64,000 bases of DNA, taken from assembly GCA_905331295.1 (NCBI GenBank), contig CAJNYD010000012.1, positions 1-64,000 of the forward strand. Reading direction: 5' to 3'. Under the pieces are notes generated by a model. That model saw only the letters and a program-made list of their open reading frames with translations. It did not search any database and had not been told where the DNA came from. Shown here piece by piece: positions 1-10,239 of this stretch. Position 1 is the first letter of the stretch. Each line of letters begins with the position of its first letter. Position numbers and translations under genes: made by a program. The stretch is from Rotaria socialis (lineage: Eukaryota).

Positions 1-121
1 AGACAAGAGAGAGAAAAAGAAAACATCAAAGAATGCAATGAATGATACCATAACGAAACACAAAGCAGAATATAGAAGATATATCATAACTAAATTTATA
101 TCATGGCCATCGGCCATGACA
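1..121 (-). repeat. 3' LTR (partial, truncated by the window)
   Basis: Begins TGTCATGG on the minus strand at 121, directly after the polypurine tract. Identical to 6140-6260. Confidence 0.95.
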
Positions 122-132
122 TCTCCCCCCTC
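122..132 (-). promoter_or_regulatory. Polypurine tract (plus-strand primer)
   Basis: Minus strand GAGGGGGGAGA abuts the TG start of the 3' LTR. Confidence 0.9.
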
Positions 133-232
133 GAAGCTGCGAGTGAACATCACACGAAAAAAATGTAAGAGATGAAAAGGAATGAAGTACGAAAAGAGAG
201 AGAAGAAGAAAAAAATCTTATGAATTAAAGTC

Positions 233-577
233 TTATGGAAGGTTGCGTATAGGTCCCGAACAAGGGTTTTTCAAATTAGGTGAAGACGTATCTTGAATAC
301 GAACAAGTAGATTACGGTAGATACAATAAATACCAATACCACAGCAACTTAAGAAACATGTGCCAAGGACAATTACCAGAAGCAACAGTATAGAATAATC
401 ACGCCAGGAATGATGAAATTGTTCATGATGTGATTCAATGGATCCTTTGACATAGTTGACAACATCAACATGTACATTGGAAGATGGTGAAAGAACTTTG
501 GCATTAAAGAGAAATTCCAAAGTAGGAGATGGTAAAATTAATACAGTCAAAATCAAAAAGAGGATGCGACGAGCCAT
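233..577 (-). CDS. ORF3 of the LTR element: small (about 114 aa) membrane protein in the env position
   Basis: First ATG at 577 (MARRILFLILTVLIL, signal-like). Later TM segment YSILLLLVIVLGTCFLSCCGIGIYCIY with clustered Cys. Lies between pol and the PPT. The ORF-track start at 658 is non-ATG. Confidence 0.75.
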   Translation of the reverse strand: MARRILFLILTVLILPSPTLEFLFNAKVLSPSSNVHVDVVNYVKGSIESHHEQFHHSWRDYSILLLLVIVLGTCFLSCCGIGIYCIYRNLLVRIQDTSSPNLKNPCSGPIRNLP

Positions 578-936
578 AATTGAGTAATCGAATGTATGTT
601 TCGTGATGTAGTTATAGAGAATGAATGAAGTAAGAATAAGTATAATGTACGAAGACAAAGAAAAGCAGGATGGTGAGAAAGTGGGAAAAAATGTAAAATT
701 TTGAGTGATTATATGTATAAAAGATACAGAGAAAATGCAAACCAGGTAGTAGAATGCAGAAGACGATGGAAGAGATATCGAAAGAAAGATTTACAAGATA
801 TGACGAAGTAGGATAGTTCTAGAATATGCTGATGAGGAAGGGGAAGAGGTATGTAAGCTGCCACTGCTCGGTATGTACCTCAAAAAAAAAAAAGAAAAAA
901 AATTAAACGGGAAAGTGAGAAAAGAGAAGAGAAATA

Positions 937-3900
937 CTAGTATGAATGACGTTCAACAACAGGGTGTAACTGACTGACGTGATACCAATCAGTTCGACCA
1001 GTCAAATTATCACGAACAAGATAATTTTGTTGACCGGATAGTTGAATCACAGTACATGGTCCGAGCCAGCGAGCATCAAGTTTCGCACGACCAGCGCAAA
1101 CTTGCACATAAACGAGATCATCAAGACGATAAAACGGATTACGGCGATTTTCATTGTATCGTTGTTTCCAACGAGATTGAGATTTCAAAATATTTTCTCG
1201 TGCTTGTACTGTAAGAAGATGGCGAGTGCGCTGTAAATAAGGATAAAAAGCATGAGCAGGGGGTAATGTGATAGTAGGAGAAACCGAATCAAACGGACTT
1301 TTAGGACAGCGACCAAAAGCGAGTTGATATGGAGTGAACTTAGTAGTGGAATGAACACTAGTATTATAAGCATATACAATTGAAGGGAGATAAACATCCC
1401 AGTCAGCGCGATCGGGATCACAATATTTCGCAATCTGAGATGCGAAAGTAGCGTTGAAACGTTCGACTTGCCCATTTGTTTGGGGGTGATAAGAAATTGA
1501 GAACGCATGGGCAATATTCATAGAAGTAGTGATCGCGTGAAGAAGATGATTATTAAAGTGAGTGCCATTGTCGGTGATAAGACGTTCTGGTACACCATGA
1601 AAAAGAATAAATTTGTCAATGAGAAATTGAGCAGCAGATTTTGCAGTGCAATCAGGTAAAGCATCAGCAATCACGTACTTAGATAAATTATCTGTGAGAA
1701 TAATCACATAGCGATTTCCACTAGATGATGTACGAACGGGACCCCAAAAATCCATATGAACAACTTGAAAAACTGCAGATGGAGGAGAAATTGATTTGAG
1801 ATGACCATCAGGTTTAGTACGAACAATATTGTGGCGAACACATTGTGCACAAGATGCAACATAATTTTGTACAGATCGACGCATATTAGGCCACCAAAAT
1901 TGGGTACGAATACGTGCTAACGTACGATGAACACCAAAATGTCCACTTAAAGGGTGATCGTGATATGTATGAAGCATCGATGAAATGAGAGACTTTGGAA
2001 GAACAGGTACACGAGAATGTGGATCAGTGTCTGAACTGGAAAGAATACGAAAGAGGATGTCGTCCTGTAGAACAAAGTGAGGATTAGAAGGATTATCTTG
2101 TAAACTTTTAATTATAGAGAAAATATCAGGATCAGAATGTTGTTCTGTTTTAATACGCGAAAAGCTAAAATCGACCGTATTATGATCGGAAGGTAACAAA
2201 GTTGTAGTAGAAGGAGAAACGCAAGGAGTAGGCATATCAGTAAGAGCATCGTAATATTCTTCGGAATCTTCATCAGTTAAAACAGTAGCAGGGGATTGAT
2301 CGAGCGGTGCAGTAGGGGAGAGATGAGAAATTGCACGGACCTTAGAGCGAGTGATTACTGGTGAAACTACAATCGAATCCCATGTTTCTGTACCGGACGG
2401 CCAATCAGAATCAATTAAAGAAGAATTAGAGTGACAATTACGTTGGGGAAGAGGTACAGAAATTTTAGAAGATTTGTCGTAAGAATCAGTACAATAAGAG
2501 GAAGGAGACTCAATGATTGACGAAGAATCAAACGGATCATATCGAGTTAAAAAATCAGGTCCAACATTATCGACACCTCTACGATATTTGATCGCAATAA
2601 TTTGAGGTAAAATATCTTGCAACTTTAAAAGCCAATTATCAATACGTTTATTACGGAACGAGTGCTTTTTATGCATGTTGGAAAGTGGTTGATGATCAGT
2701 TTCAATAAGAACGGAAGAACCACCGATGTACGAGCGAAGTTGATCGAGACACCAATAGATAGCAAGTGCTTCACGTTCAGTAGCAGAGTATCGTTGTTCA
2801 ATGTCAGACAATAGACGAGATTTATAATAACACACTTTAAGACCACTAGAAGTATTTTGTTTAAGAACGCCTGCAATACGAGTGAGACTCGCATCCGTAG
2901 AAAGAATGAATGGAACAGATGGATCAGGAAAATGAAGAAAAAGAGGCGAGGTAGTCAAAATGGTTTTAAACTGTTCAAAAGCTGCTTGTTGTTCATCATG
3001 CCAATAAAATTCATGTCGTTTGGTACGTGTTTTATTGGTAACCTTATGCAATGGGGCAGCAATGCGTGCAAAGTCGGGAATAAATTTTCGATAGTATCCT
3101 ATTTTACCGAGGAAACGATTCGCTTGTGATAGAGTGCGCGGTGATGGAATATCTAGAATTACTTTTATTTTTTCTCGACATGGCTCGACAGTATTTGAAG
3201 TAATAATGTGACCAAGAAATTCTATTTGATTAGCAGCAATTGTACATTTGGGAGGAGAAACCTTAAAATGTGCAGTGTCGAGGATGGATAGGATTTCGTC
3301 AACATGACGTTTATGTTCTTCGAGTGAATGAGAAAAAATAACAATGTCGTCAAGATATATCACGACATAGTCCCAACGACCAGTAGCAAGCAAGTTATTC
3401 ATAACTCGTTGAAAACTTGCTGGAGCATTCATCAGACCTTGAGCGAGAACATTAAATTCATAATGTCCATCAGGAGTGACAAATGCTGTTTTTTCTTTAT
3501 CTGATTCAACAATGGGAATTTGAAAGTAGCCACTTCTCAGATCAAGTTTTGTAAAATAACTGTGTCCCGACAGACGATAAATTAACTCTTCAGCAGATGG
3601 TTGGGGATAAGCATCTTTCCGTGTGATAGAATTGAGACGACGAAAATCAACTAAAAAACGATAGGTACCATCAGGTTTCTTTTTCAAAATAACAGGGGAT
3701 GACCACGGAGATGTCGAAGGTCGGACGATATTATCCATCAAAAGCTTATCGACTTCGTGCTGAAGTTCTTTACGTTGTTCAATAGTACGATAGTAAGGGC
3801 GAACACTAATCGGAGGATGATCAGCGGTGATAATAACATGAGGAAGTTTTGTTTTAGCTATTGTTGGTTTAGAAATATCAAATATTCGACGGTGTCGATT

Positions 3901-4794
3901 AAGAATATTAAAAAAAATTCGCTTTTCGGTGTCATCGGTGATGTGATGAACTAAATCATGAAGGACTGAATCGACATCAGATATACTAGTGATAGAAGTA
4001 GGTTGAATTGAAGATAATGAAATGAGAGGCAACTTAGAAGAAAGCGATGATAGAGAGAGGGGAAATGCAGTAATGTTTACTGGGGCTGGATTTGTGTTAA
4101 AAAAATAAACAGTACCAAGAATGGTATTTTTACGTAGGGTACAAGGTGTATTAGCAGCATTATGAATCAGAATATAGGAGTGAAAACAATTTATTTTTAA
4201 AAGAGCTTCTGGAATATAAATTTTCTTACTCCGACATAAAACGCCATCTGGAATATAAGAAACACAAGAGGCAAATGATAAAGGTGTAAATGAACGTACA
4301 ATATGTTCGTGATGAGGAGCAAGTTGAATTGATTGAGCAAGACGAACCGGAATAGAAATAGAATCTAAAAAATGTACTGCTGTGGTTCCGTGCGAAGGAT
4401 GACGAACAATAACTTTTTGTTCACGAACACGTAGTAGAATATCATTGTTAATGCACCAGTCCATACCAAGAATAAAATCAACTCCAAGAGAATCGACAAC
4501 GAAGACAGAAGCGAAAGTAGGAATGTGATTAATGAAGATGCACAAACGAACAAAACCATGAACATCGATGGTTGTAGAAGCATCACCGAGTACCGCGGTA
4601 GTTGTAGACGTTTTTTGTATAGGAGGATGTGAAAAATAGTTAAGAGTAGAACGAGCGATTAGACTGTGCGTAGCGCCAGTATCGACCATTGCATGTACGA
4701 GACAACCATTAATAGTTGTGGGAATAATAATAAGCGATGGATTGATAATATTGAAGGAAGGACGACCATCACGTACCTCCTTTATTCTTTTGGG
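937..4794 (-). CDS. pol: Pol polyprotein (aspartic protease, reverse transcriptase, RNase H, integrase), probably expressed by -1 frameshift
   Basis: AMVDTGA (PR); LAQGLMNAP and YLDD (RT); TDAS, EREALA and TDH (RNase H); H..H..CAQC zinc finger; D,D(35)E core (MDFWGP, TDNG, NGQVER); GPY/F-like WLGPC. Uninterrupted ORF. Confidence 0.97.
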   Translation of the reverse strand, partial: PKRIKEVRDGRPSFNIINPSLIIIPTTINGCLVHAMVDTGATHSLIARSTLNYFSHPPIQKTSTTTAVLGDASTTIDVHGFVRLCIFINHIPTFASVFVVDSLGVDFILGMDWCINNDILLRVREQKVIVRHPSHGTTAVHFLDSISIPVRLAQSIQLAPHHEHIVRSFTPLSFASCVSYIPDGVLCRSKKIYIPEALLKINCFHSYILIHNAANTPCTLRKNTILGTVYFFNTNPAPVNITAFPLSLSSLSSKLPLISLSSIQPTSITSISDVDSVLHDLVHHITDDTEKRIFFNILNRHRRIFDISKPTIAKTKLPHVIITADHPPISVRPYYRTIEQRKELQHEVDKLLMDNIVRPSTSPWSSPVILKKKPDGTYRFLVDFRRLNSITRKDAYPQPSAEELIYRLSGHSYFTKLDLRSGYFQIPIVESDKEKTAFVTPDGHYEFNVLAQGLMNAPASFQRVMNNLLATGRWDYVVIYLDDIVIFSHSLEEHKRHVDEILSILDTAHFKVSPPKCTIAANQIEFLGHIITSNTVEPCREKIKVILDIPSPRTLSQANRFLGKIGYYRKFIPDFARIAAPLHKVTNKTRTKRHEFYWHDEQQAAFEQFKTILTTSPLFLHFPDPSVPFILSTDASLTRIAGVLKQNTSSGLKVCYYKSRLLSDIEQRYSATEREALAIYWCLDQLRSYIGGSSVLIETDHQPLSNMHKKHSFRNKRIDNWLLKLQDILPQIIAIKYRRGVDNVGPDFLTRYDPFDSSSIIESPSSYCTDSYDKSSKISVPLPQRNCHSNSSLIDSDWPSGTETWDSIVVSPVITRSKVRAISHLSPTAPLDQSPATVLTDEDSEEYYDALTDMPTPCVSPSTTTLLPSDHNTVDFSFSRIKTEQHSDPDIFSIIKSLQDNPSNPHFVLQDDILFRILSSSDTDPHSRVPVLPKSLISSMLHTYHDHPLSGHFGVHRTLARIRTQFWWPNMRRSVQNYVASCAQCVRHNIVRTKPDGHLKSISPPSAVFQVVHMDFWGPVRTSSSGNRYVIILTDNLSKYVIADALPDCTAKSAAQFLIDKFILFHGVPERLITDNGTHFNNHLLHAITTSMNIAHAFSISYHPQTNGQVERFNATFASQIAKYCDPDRADWDVYLPSIVYAYNTSVHSTTKFTPYQLAFGRCPKSPFDSVSPTITLPPAHAFYPYLQRTRHLLTVQARENILKSQSRWKQRYNENRRNPFYRLDDLVYVQVCAGRAKLDARWLGPCTVIQLSGQQNYLVRDNLTGRTDWYHVSQLHPVVERHSY

Positions 4795-5807
4795 CGATAC
4801 GGACAATGAGGTGAAATATGACCAGGTTGGTTGCAAGAGTAACAGATGATCGGACGATGGTGACGGGCTGAACGATTATTGGTAGGTGGACCGCGTGAGG
4901 GATATGAAGTAGATTGAGAAGAAAACAAATAACGAGGCCCATTGGGATTAGACAAAGGTGGAACACGAAGTTCAGAACCAGTTGGTAATAAAAGAGGTGG
5001 ATAAGATGATGTAGGATATTGTGTTGACGATATTGGAGAATTTGATGGTTGATCCCAACGTGTATTGTGATCCGAACGAACTGAGGATGAAGTTGAAAGA
5101 ACAGTTGGATTAATGATATATTCATCTTTTCGAGCATCAAGAACAGCATTATTCAGCTCAATACGCTGAGCTCGAAGAAGCAAAGCCTGAGGTGTATCAA
5201 ATTCTTCACCTTGCAATTTTTCGTATAATGTAATTTTCATACCGGCCTTCAGCCAATCAATTATTTGATTATCATCCATATCAGCAACATGTTTATGACA
5301 AAGATCAATGACGACAGTATAATAATCAATAAAAGATTCAGTATCACCTTGTTTTCGATCTCTAAGTAGTTTTAAATTCATATCTCGAGATGTAGTGATG
5401 AGCCGTGGAAATGCAGATTTTATTGAGACAAGGTAGTCGTCCCAAGATGACAGCTCATCACGATGTGCGAGATGCCATTTCAAAGCATTGCCAACTAGAT
5501 ATTGTGGGATGAATCGACGTTTTTGTCGCGGGTCATAACCAATAATATCAAATTTTAAGGATACAATATCCAACCAGTCGTTTATATTTTCATGTGGATG
5601 TCCAGAAAAGATTGGAATACTATCAATAATTTTACTGTATTGATGATCTTCCATAGTAGTAATAGACCTCGAATTATGTGATTGAGCAGAAGATGAAGTA
5701 TAATGTGATGTCGGTTGTGACTGAGAACGAGCTTCGTGGCGTGAGTTTCTTGCTTCTGCTTGTATAGCAGCACGGGCTTGAGCTTGAGCGATTTCGTCAG
5801 CAAGCAT
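4782..5807 (-). CDS. gag: Gag with C-terminal CCHC zinc knuckle
   Basis: Capsid-like IPIFSG..W / LVGNALKW / RKQGDTES segments and CYSCNQPGHISPHC. Confidence 0.95.
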   Translation of the reverse strand: MLADEIAQAQARAAIQAEARNSRHEARSQSQPTSHYTSSSAQSHNSRSITTMEDHQYSKIIDSIPIFSGHPHENINDWLDIVSLKFDIIGYDPRQKRRFIPQYLVGNALKWHLAHRDELSSWDDYLVSIKSAFPRLITTSRDMNLKLLRDRKQGDTESFIDYYTVVIDLCHKHVADMDDNQIIDWLKAGMKITLYEKLQGEEFDTPQALLLRAQRIELNNAVLDARKDEYIINPTVLSTSSSVRSDHNTRWDQPSNSPISSTQYPTSSYPPLLLPTGSELRVPPLSNPNGPRYLFSSQSTSYPSRGPPTNNRSARHHRPIICYSCNQPGHISPHCPYRPKE

Positions 5808-5870
5808 AAATCGATAATGTAAAAATGATCAGTGGAGTAGGTCGATCTACTGTTCGGTGGTACAGTAGAA

Positions 5871-5884
5871 CGGCTAGTGCACCA
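5871..5884 (-). promoter_or_regulatory. Primer-binding site, probably tRNA-Gly
   Basis: TGGTGCACTAGCCG starts 1 nt after the LTR-terminal CA. Its complement ...CGGCTAGTGCACCA resembles eukaryotic tRNA-Gly 3' ends (...CGGCCAATGCACCA). The tRNA identity is inference. Confidence 0.75.
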
Positions 5885-5885
5885 T

Positions 5886-6260
5886 TGTTAATTTACTTCC
5901 ATTTATTCCTTTTAACTCCATTTTCAAAACTTTATTTCAATTTTTTTTTATTGATAAAAAGCAAACAAGACAGAAAAAGAAAAACACAAAAAAAAAGGGA
6001 AAGAAAAAAAACATACTCATATCAAAACGTATATCCCTTTATATATATTCTCCTTTCATACTTTCTTCCCCTCCCATATCTCATCACATACCGATGACGT
6101 TTCTTTTATTGCATAGGGGTAAATTTAGTACATGGAGAGAGACAAGAGAGAGAAAAAGAAAACATCAAAGAATGCAATGAATGATACCATAACGAAACAC
6201 AAAGCAGAATATAGAAGATATATCATAACTAAATTTATATCATGGCCATCGGCCATGACA
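5886..6260 (-). repeat. 5' LTR, 375 bp, TG...CA
   Basis: Minus strand TGTCATGG...TTAACA followed by the PBS. Contains a TATATATAAA box near 6038-6047 and AATAAA signals. Confidence 0.92.
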
Positions 6261-7455
6261 AGAACACACCTGCTAATGGTATTCAAGGTTTTCCTGTACA
6301 AGTACTCGACTATGCTAGTTGTTGTTCAAAATGCCAAGCAACTGCAGGGTGTATTGCTTTTGCGTATACAATATCAAACAAGAACTATTGGGCGAAAACG
6401 AGTGTTGGACCTGGTGCAGTACCAGATAATGATATACTATCTGGATACAATCGTAAGTGTGCCGCCTCTCAGTTAGATAGTGCCGTATCATTGGTTAGAG
6501 GAACTCAACAAACAAGACTATCTGTTAAAACGTGTTCGATGACTTAGTAAAATATTCTACGCATACCTCGATCAAAGATATTGATGCTACTAAAATCCAT
6601 TATTTTACAGATTAGCGTTAGTGTGTTTACCAGGCGTGTATTTTTCAACGAGAGTCTGTTGTTATTGAGATCTTAATAATGAGCAAAGTCCCCAAATTGA
6701 TTTCAAAATTTTCACTCCTTGTTTTCGCTATTGGTAGATATCAATGAGACTAAGAGAAAGTCGGGATATTCTGAAAACATAAGCCAAAACAAGCTCTTAT
6801 TTCTTGAGATATGGAGTATTCAAGTAAAATCGATTTTTGAGACAAGTCAACAACAGGCACTGAATTTTTCAACAACCTATATGTGAGAAGAAAGAAGCAT
6901 TTACCTTGACTAAAAATGTAAAGACTATTATAATAGTGATCAGACGTAACTCTCGATTGATAGGAGATAGTCACAAGTGCTTTCAGGATTTTTTACTCTC
7001 ACTGGAGTCTACTCATTGACATATGAGAGATGGCAAAGACCGAAATTGCGCTTAACACCTTTCAACTCACAGTTTCTTGTCATTCGGGCATACTCACTGC
7101 ACTCTATAGCGAATAAGTTGATTAACACACCAAAAACAAAGTTGAACAAGTTGCTACACGTATTCGTCGTTTGATAAATTACCGAGAAGTTTAATCATGA
7201 GAAAATAGTAAAGTGAAAATAAGACACACTTGGAGAAAAACATAGTGAAATATTCATGCACAACGAATGCAGCCACAGTATGGAAACTTTCATTTGGAAA
7301 ATTTACTACTATTACAACTATCGTTTTATTTATTTTCTCATAGCTAACAAATGTGGTGGTTTCGTGTGTGAGGACGGATTGACCTTACCTGGATATGACA
7401 TGTCAGGTTTTCCAGGTGGGAGCCGAAATGACGATTGAATATCTGGATACATTGG
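6261..7455 (+). pseudogene. PAN/apple-domain repeat gene, disrupted
   Basis: DYASCCSKCQATAGCIAFAY...NYWAK exon ending at a GTAAGT donor (about 6453). Second exon at about 7344 (NKCGGFV...LPGYDMSGFP) lacks the Cys core and has a stop. The LTR element sits inside the first exon. Confidence 0.7.
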
Positions 7456-8019
7456 AAAGTAATTGTTGGTGTTGTTGCAACTTCGAACGCCTATAAACGC
7501 CAGAAACTTAGAATCTGTAGTATGTTAACATGTCGGTACTGATAGCGGTCAAAAAATCGAAAGATTTCGCTCATAAAATATATTAATATGAAAATAAATA
7601 GATTGAGTATATTACGATAATCGCATCCCAGTTCATCGACACATGAGAAAGAAACCAAGCCTTCGCAGGCAATGCTTTTTGTAGTTGTTTCGCAACACAG
7701 AGTGTAACTGCGAAAGATCATGCCTGTTGTTCGAAGAGGAGCATAAGACATTGATTGAATATCACAACTTGATGAGGTAGTAACACTAATTAGAAACATT
7801 TTTCTTACCCGTGAAACAACAAGAGAATTTCTAGCGAAGACTTACAGTGAGTATCTGAAATACGAAATTGCAATTTAGTACAAAAAATTCTTTTCTTGTT
7901 CCTCATGATGATTTTACAACTCAATGAGTAAAGCAACAAGAATAAATTTAAAATCTGAATACTTGATTGAAACATGGACTCGTAACTTTATCTTCCAGTG
8001 TTCTGCGATCAAATTTAAA

Positions 8020-8370
8020 ATAAAGTGATAATATTATTTTGTTTAGCCACTTCTATAGCTTGAATTGTGAAATGACATTGCTGACCATCCAATAGTAGCA
8101 AAATAGGATGTGCGAATGAAATTGTTTCTGCCACAAAAGCATTTAAAAACCAAAAATATCATCATTTATCCAACCATTATGTGAACATCGAACAAGGAAG
8201 ACCACCTTCCGTTCATTGATAACTAATACTTTTTGCAGCATAAACTGTTAGTGGGAACAAAAATTAATGTAGCAAATGATTTTCCTGTATCACCACTTTT
8301 TTCGTATTTAATTTTTGTGTCGAATGGAACAAGTACTGAGGGATGCACCAAAATAAATTAGACTGTTTGC
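8020..8370 (-). pseudogene. pogo/Fot1/Tigger-type DDE_1 transposase relic
   Basis: Across frameshifts it reads KYEKSGDTGKSFATL / VYAAKS..*TEGG / HNGWINDDIF / FVAETISFAHPILLLLDGQQCHFTIQAIEVAKQNNIITL, matching the DDE_1 pattern LLLLDGHxSH...A...NI. Confidence 0.75.
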
Positions 8371-9279
8371 ATTTTTAATATTTATTCCTAGTTCAATTCT
8401 CTACAAATAATCTATCGACAGTTTTGTGGCGGAATTCGGAAGAACTACCAAAATGGAGCAAAATCTTAACGTATTTTGTCCAATATACTCTATGATAGAG
8501 TTAAGCTTTTTGAATGGTGTCACAAACACCATAGCACGGTTTCAGTAGTTTATCATATGCTCTATCTCCTCGTATAGAGTGCAAATTATTTAACGCTAAA
8601 TATCCGAAGCAAAAATTAATCTTATCTTATGGCAATCAAGTGAAAAATAGCAACAATTTTTCTATGTGCTTTCGCAGTTGATCAAAATTATGTTCAATTT
8701 AATTATTCTGTTGTATACAAAGTCCTAAATTTCATCTATGAGAGAGCATGATTTACATTGCTTTAAATCACAAACTTACAACTTATCGTTTCCTTCTTGA
8801 TTCAAAGCGTATACATCTTAGGTTATACGAAGGTTCTGTTCTATTCAAGTAAAATCTTTGCGCTGAACTTGAAAGCCAACTAATAAAAGCTGCCCAATTT
8901 CGTGACGGAAAATAGGATCACAACCACTGACAAAACTGGATGACACTTGAATTTCACTCGAATCGAATCGAATCGAAATGTAAAATATAAAATATCTCCT
9001 TTCAATTAGAAATTTTATTTTTGGTTTTCTTTGATGAATGAAAACTTTATGATACCGATCACGTACAAGCACAGACATATCTTATTTGTGTGCTAAAATT
9101 GACGTACGAAAACAGGAATAAATGGAGAAGAAAATAAATAGATTTTGACTGCTAGAATGTTTTTTGTTTGCATTTATTAACACATAAAGACAAATAAAAA
9201 GAAAGATAACTGTGTGTATTTATTGTCTATGAAGTTAAAATAATAATGCTGAATAATACAAACGAACTCTGTCTGTCCT

Positions 9280-9864
9280 TTAACTTCGTGGTAAGCCATG
9301 TTTTTTTACCATAGCTGCAGCTTTTCGATCGAATTCAGGTTTGTTTGATGTGTATTCGTTTGCAATATCTTTAAGAAAAAAAAACGAATATTTACAATAT
9401 TAAAAAGAAAAAGAAAAACAAAACATACCAGCATTGAGTGCATGATCAATTTTAGGATTATCAATAAGTTCAACAACAGCTTTGATAACATCAACTAATG
9501 GTGTTGTTGGTTTCCATGTTTCATTTGAATTAAGTAGATCAACGCATATTTTACCTTGGTCATCAACATTTGGATGATATATACTTGTAATAAAACGAAC
9601 TTCAGGTGGTTTAAATGGAAATTCAGGCGGTAATTTAATTTCAACTTGATAAGCAGCCTGACTGTAAATACTTGATGTTGGTAAAATCCGGCCGAGAATA
9701 ATATTTTGCGATGAATTACCGGCGCCTCCTCTTGCAGCTCCCGATGGATCGTCGATAGGAGATTTATCAAGAAGAAATCTGGCAGATGATGGATCAGGAT
9801 TCGTAGATAATGCTTTAAGTTTGGTTATTTCAGTCAGTAGACGTCTGTTTCCACCAGATGACAT
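9280..9864 (-). CDS. Ubiquitin-conjugating enzyme E2, UBE2L3-like, copy 1 (exons 9864-9429, 9368-9280)
   Basis: FPFKPPEVRFITSIYHPNVDDQGKICVDLL...WKPTT. Spliced C-terminus DIANEYTSNKPEFDRKAAAMVKKHGLPRS*. Confidence 0.93.
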
Positions 9865-10239
9865 TTTATTTATTTGAAATTAAACTTATAAATAATCTAA
9901 AATAAAAGTAATATAAAACTTTCTCTAAATTGATTCAAATTAGATATGATTATTTATCTCTATAGACACTAGAGAATTACAAAGAAACTAACGGACAGAC
10001 ATATGAATAAATAAAACAAGTAGAGAAGTCACCGATGAGAAAAAATAAGTTTATCTATTTATTTTTGCTTTCTTTCTCGTAATAGAGAAAAGCGTCTATT
10101 TACTATCAACCAATAAATACATAAACCACCCATTAGTGAAGTCGCCACACTCTTCGTATTTTATTTATAGAATGTGGCGACGAGCCCTTATTAGAAATAT
10201 ATTCTCGATCAAATAATTATTTGGAAAGCTCAAACAAAA

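Larger units (their letters stand above)
1..6260 (-). mobile_element. Ty3/gypsy (Metaviridae) LTR retrotransposon, apparently intact; the 3' LTR runs off the left edge of the window
   Basis: Positions 1-121 are identical to 6140-6260. Internal order on the minus strand is PBS, gag (CCHC), PR-RT-RH-IN, ORF3, PPT. Confidence 0.97.

Noticed and set aside
1042..5803. Short ORFs overlapping gag and pol in other frames or on the other strand
   Set aside because: Shadow ORFs with no motifs.
5825..6476. ORFs 5825-6097, 6132-6476 and 6242-6547 on the + strand
   Set aside because: They run antisense through the LTR. The apparent ATG of the PAN-like ORF (MAIGHD) is supplied by LTR sequence, not a real start.
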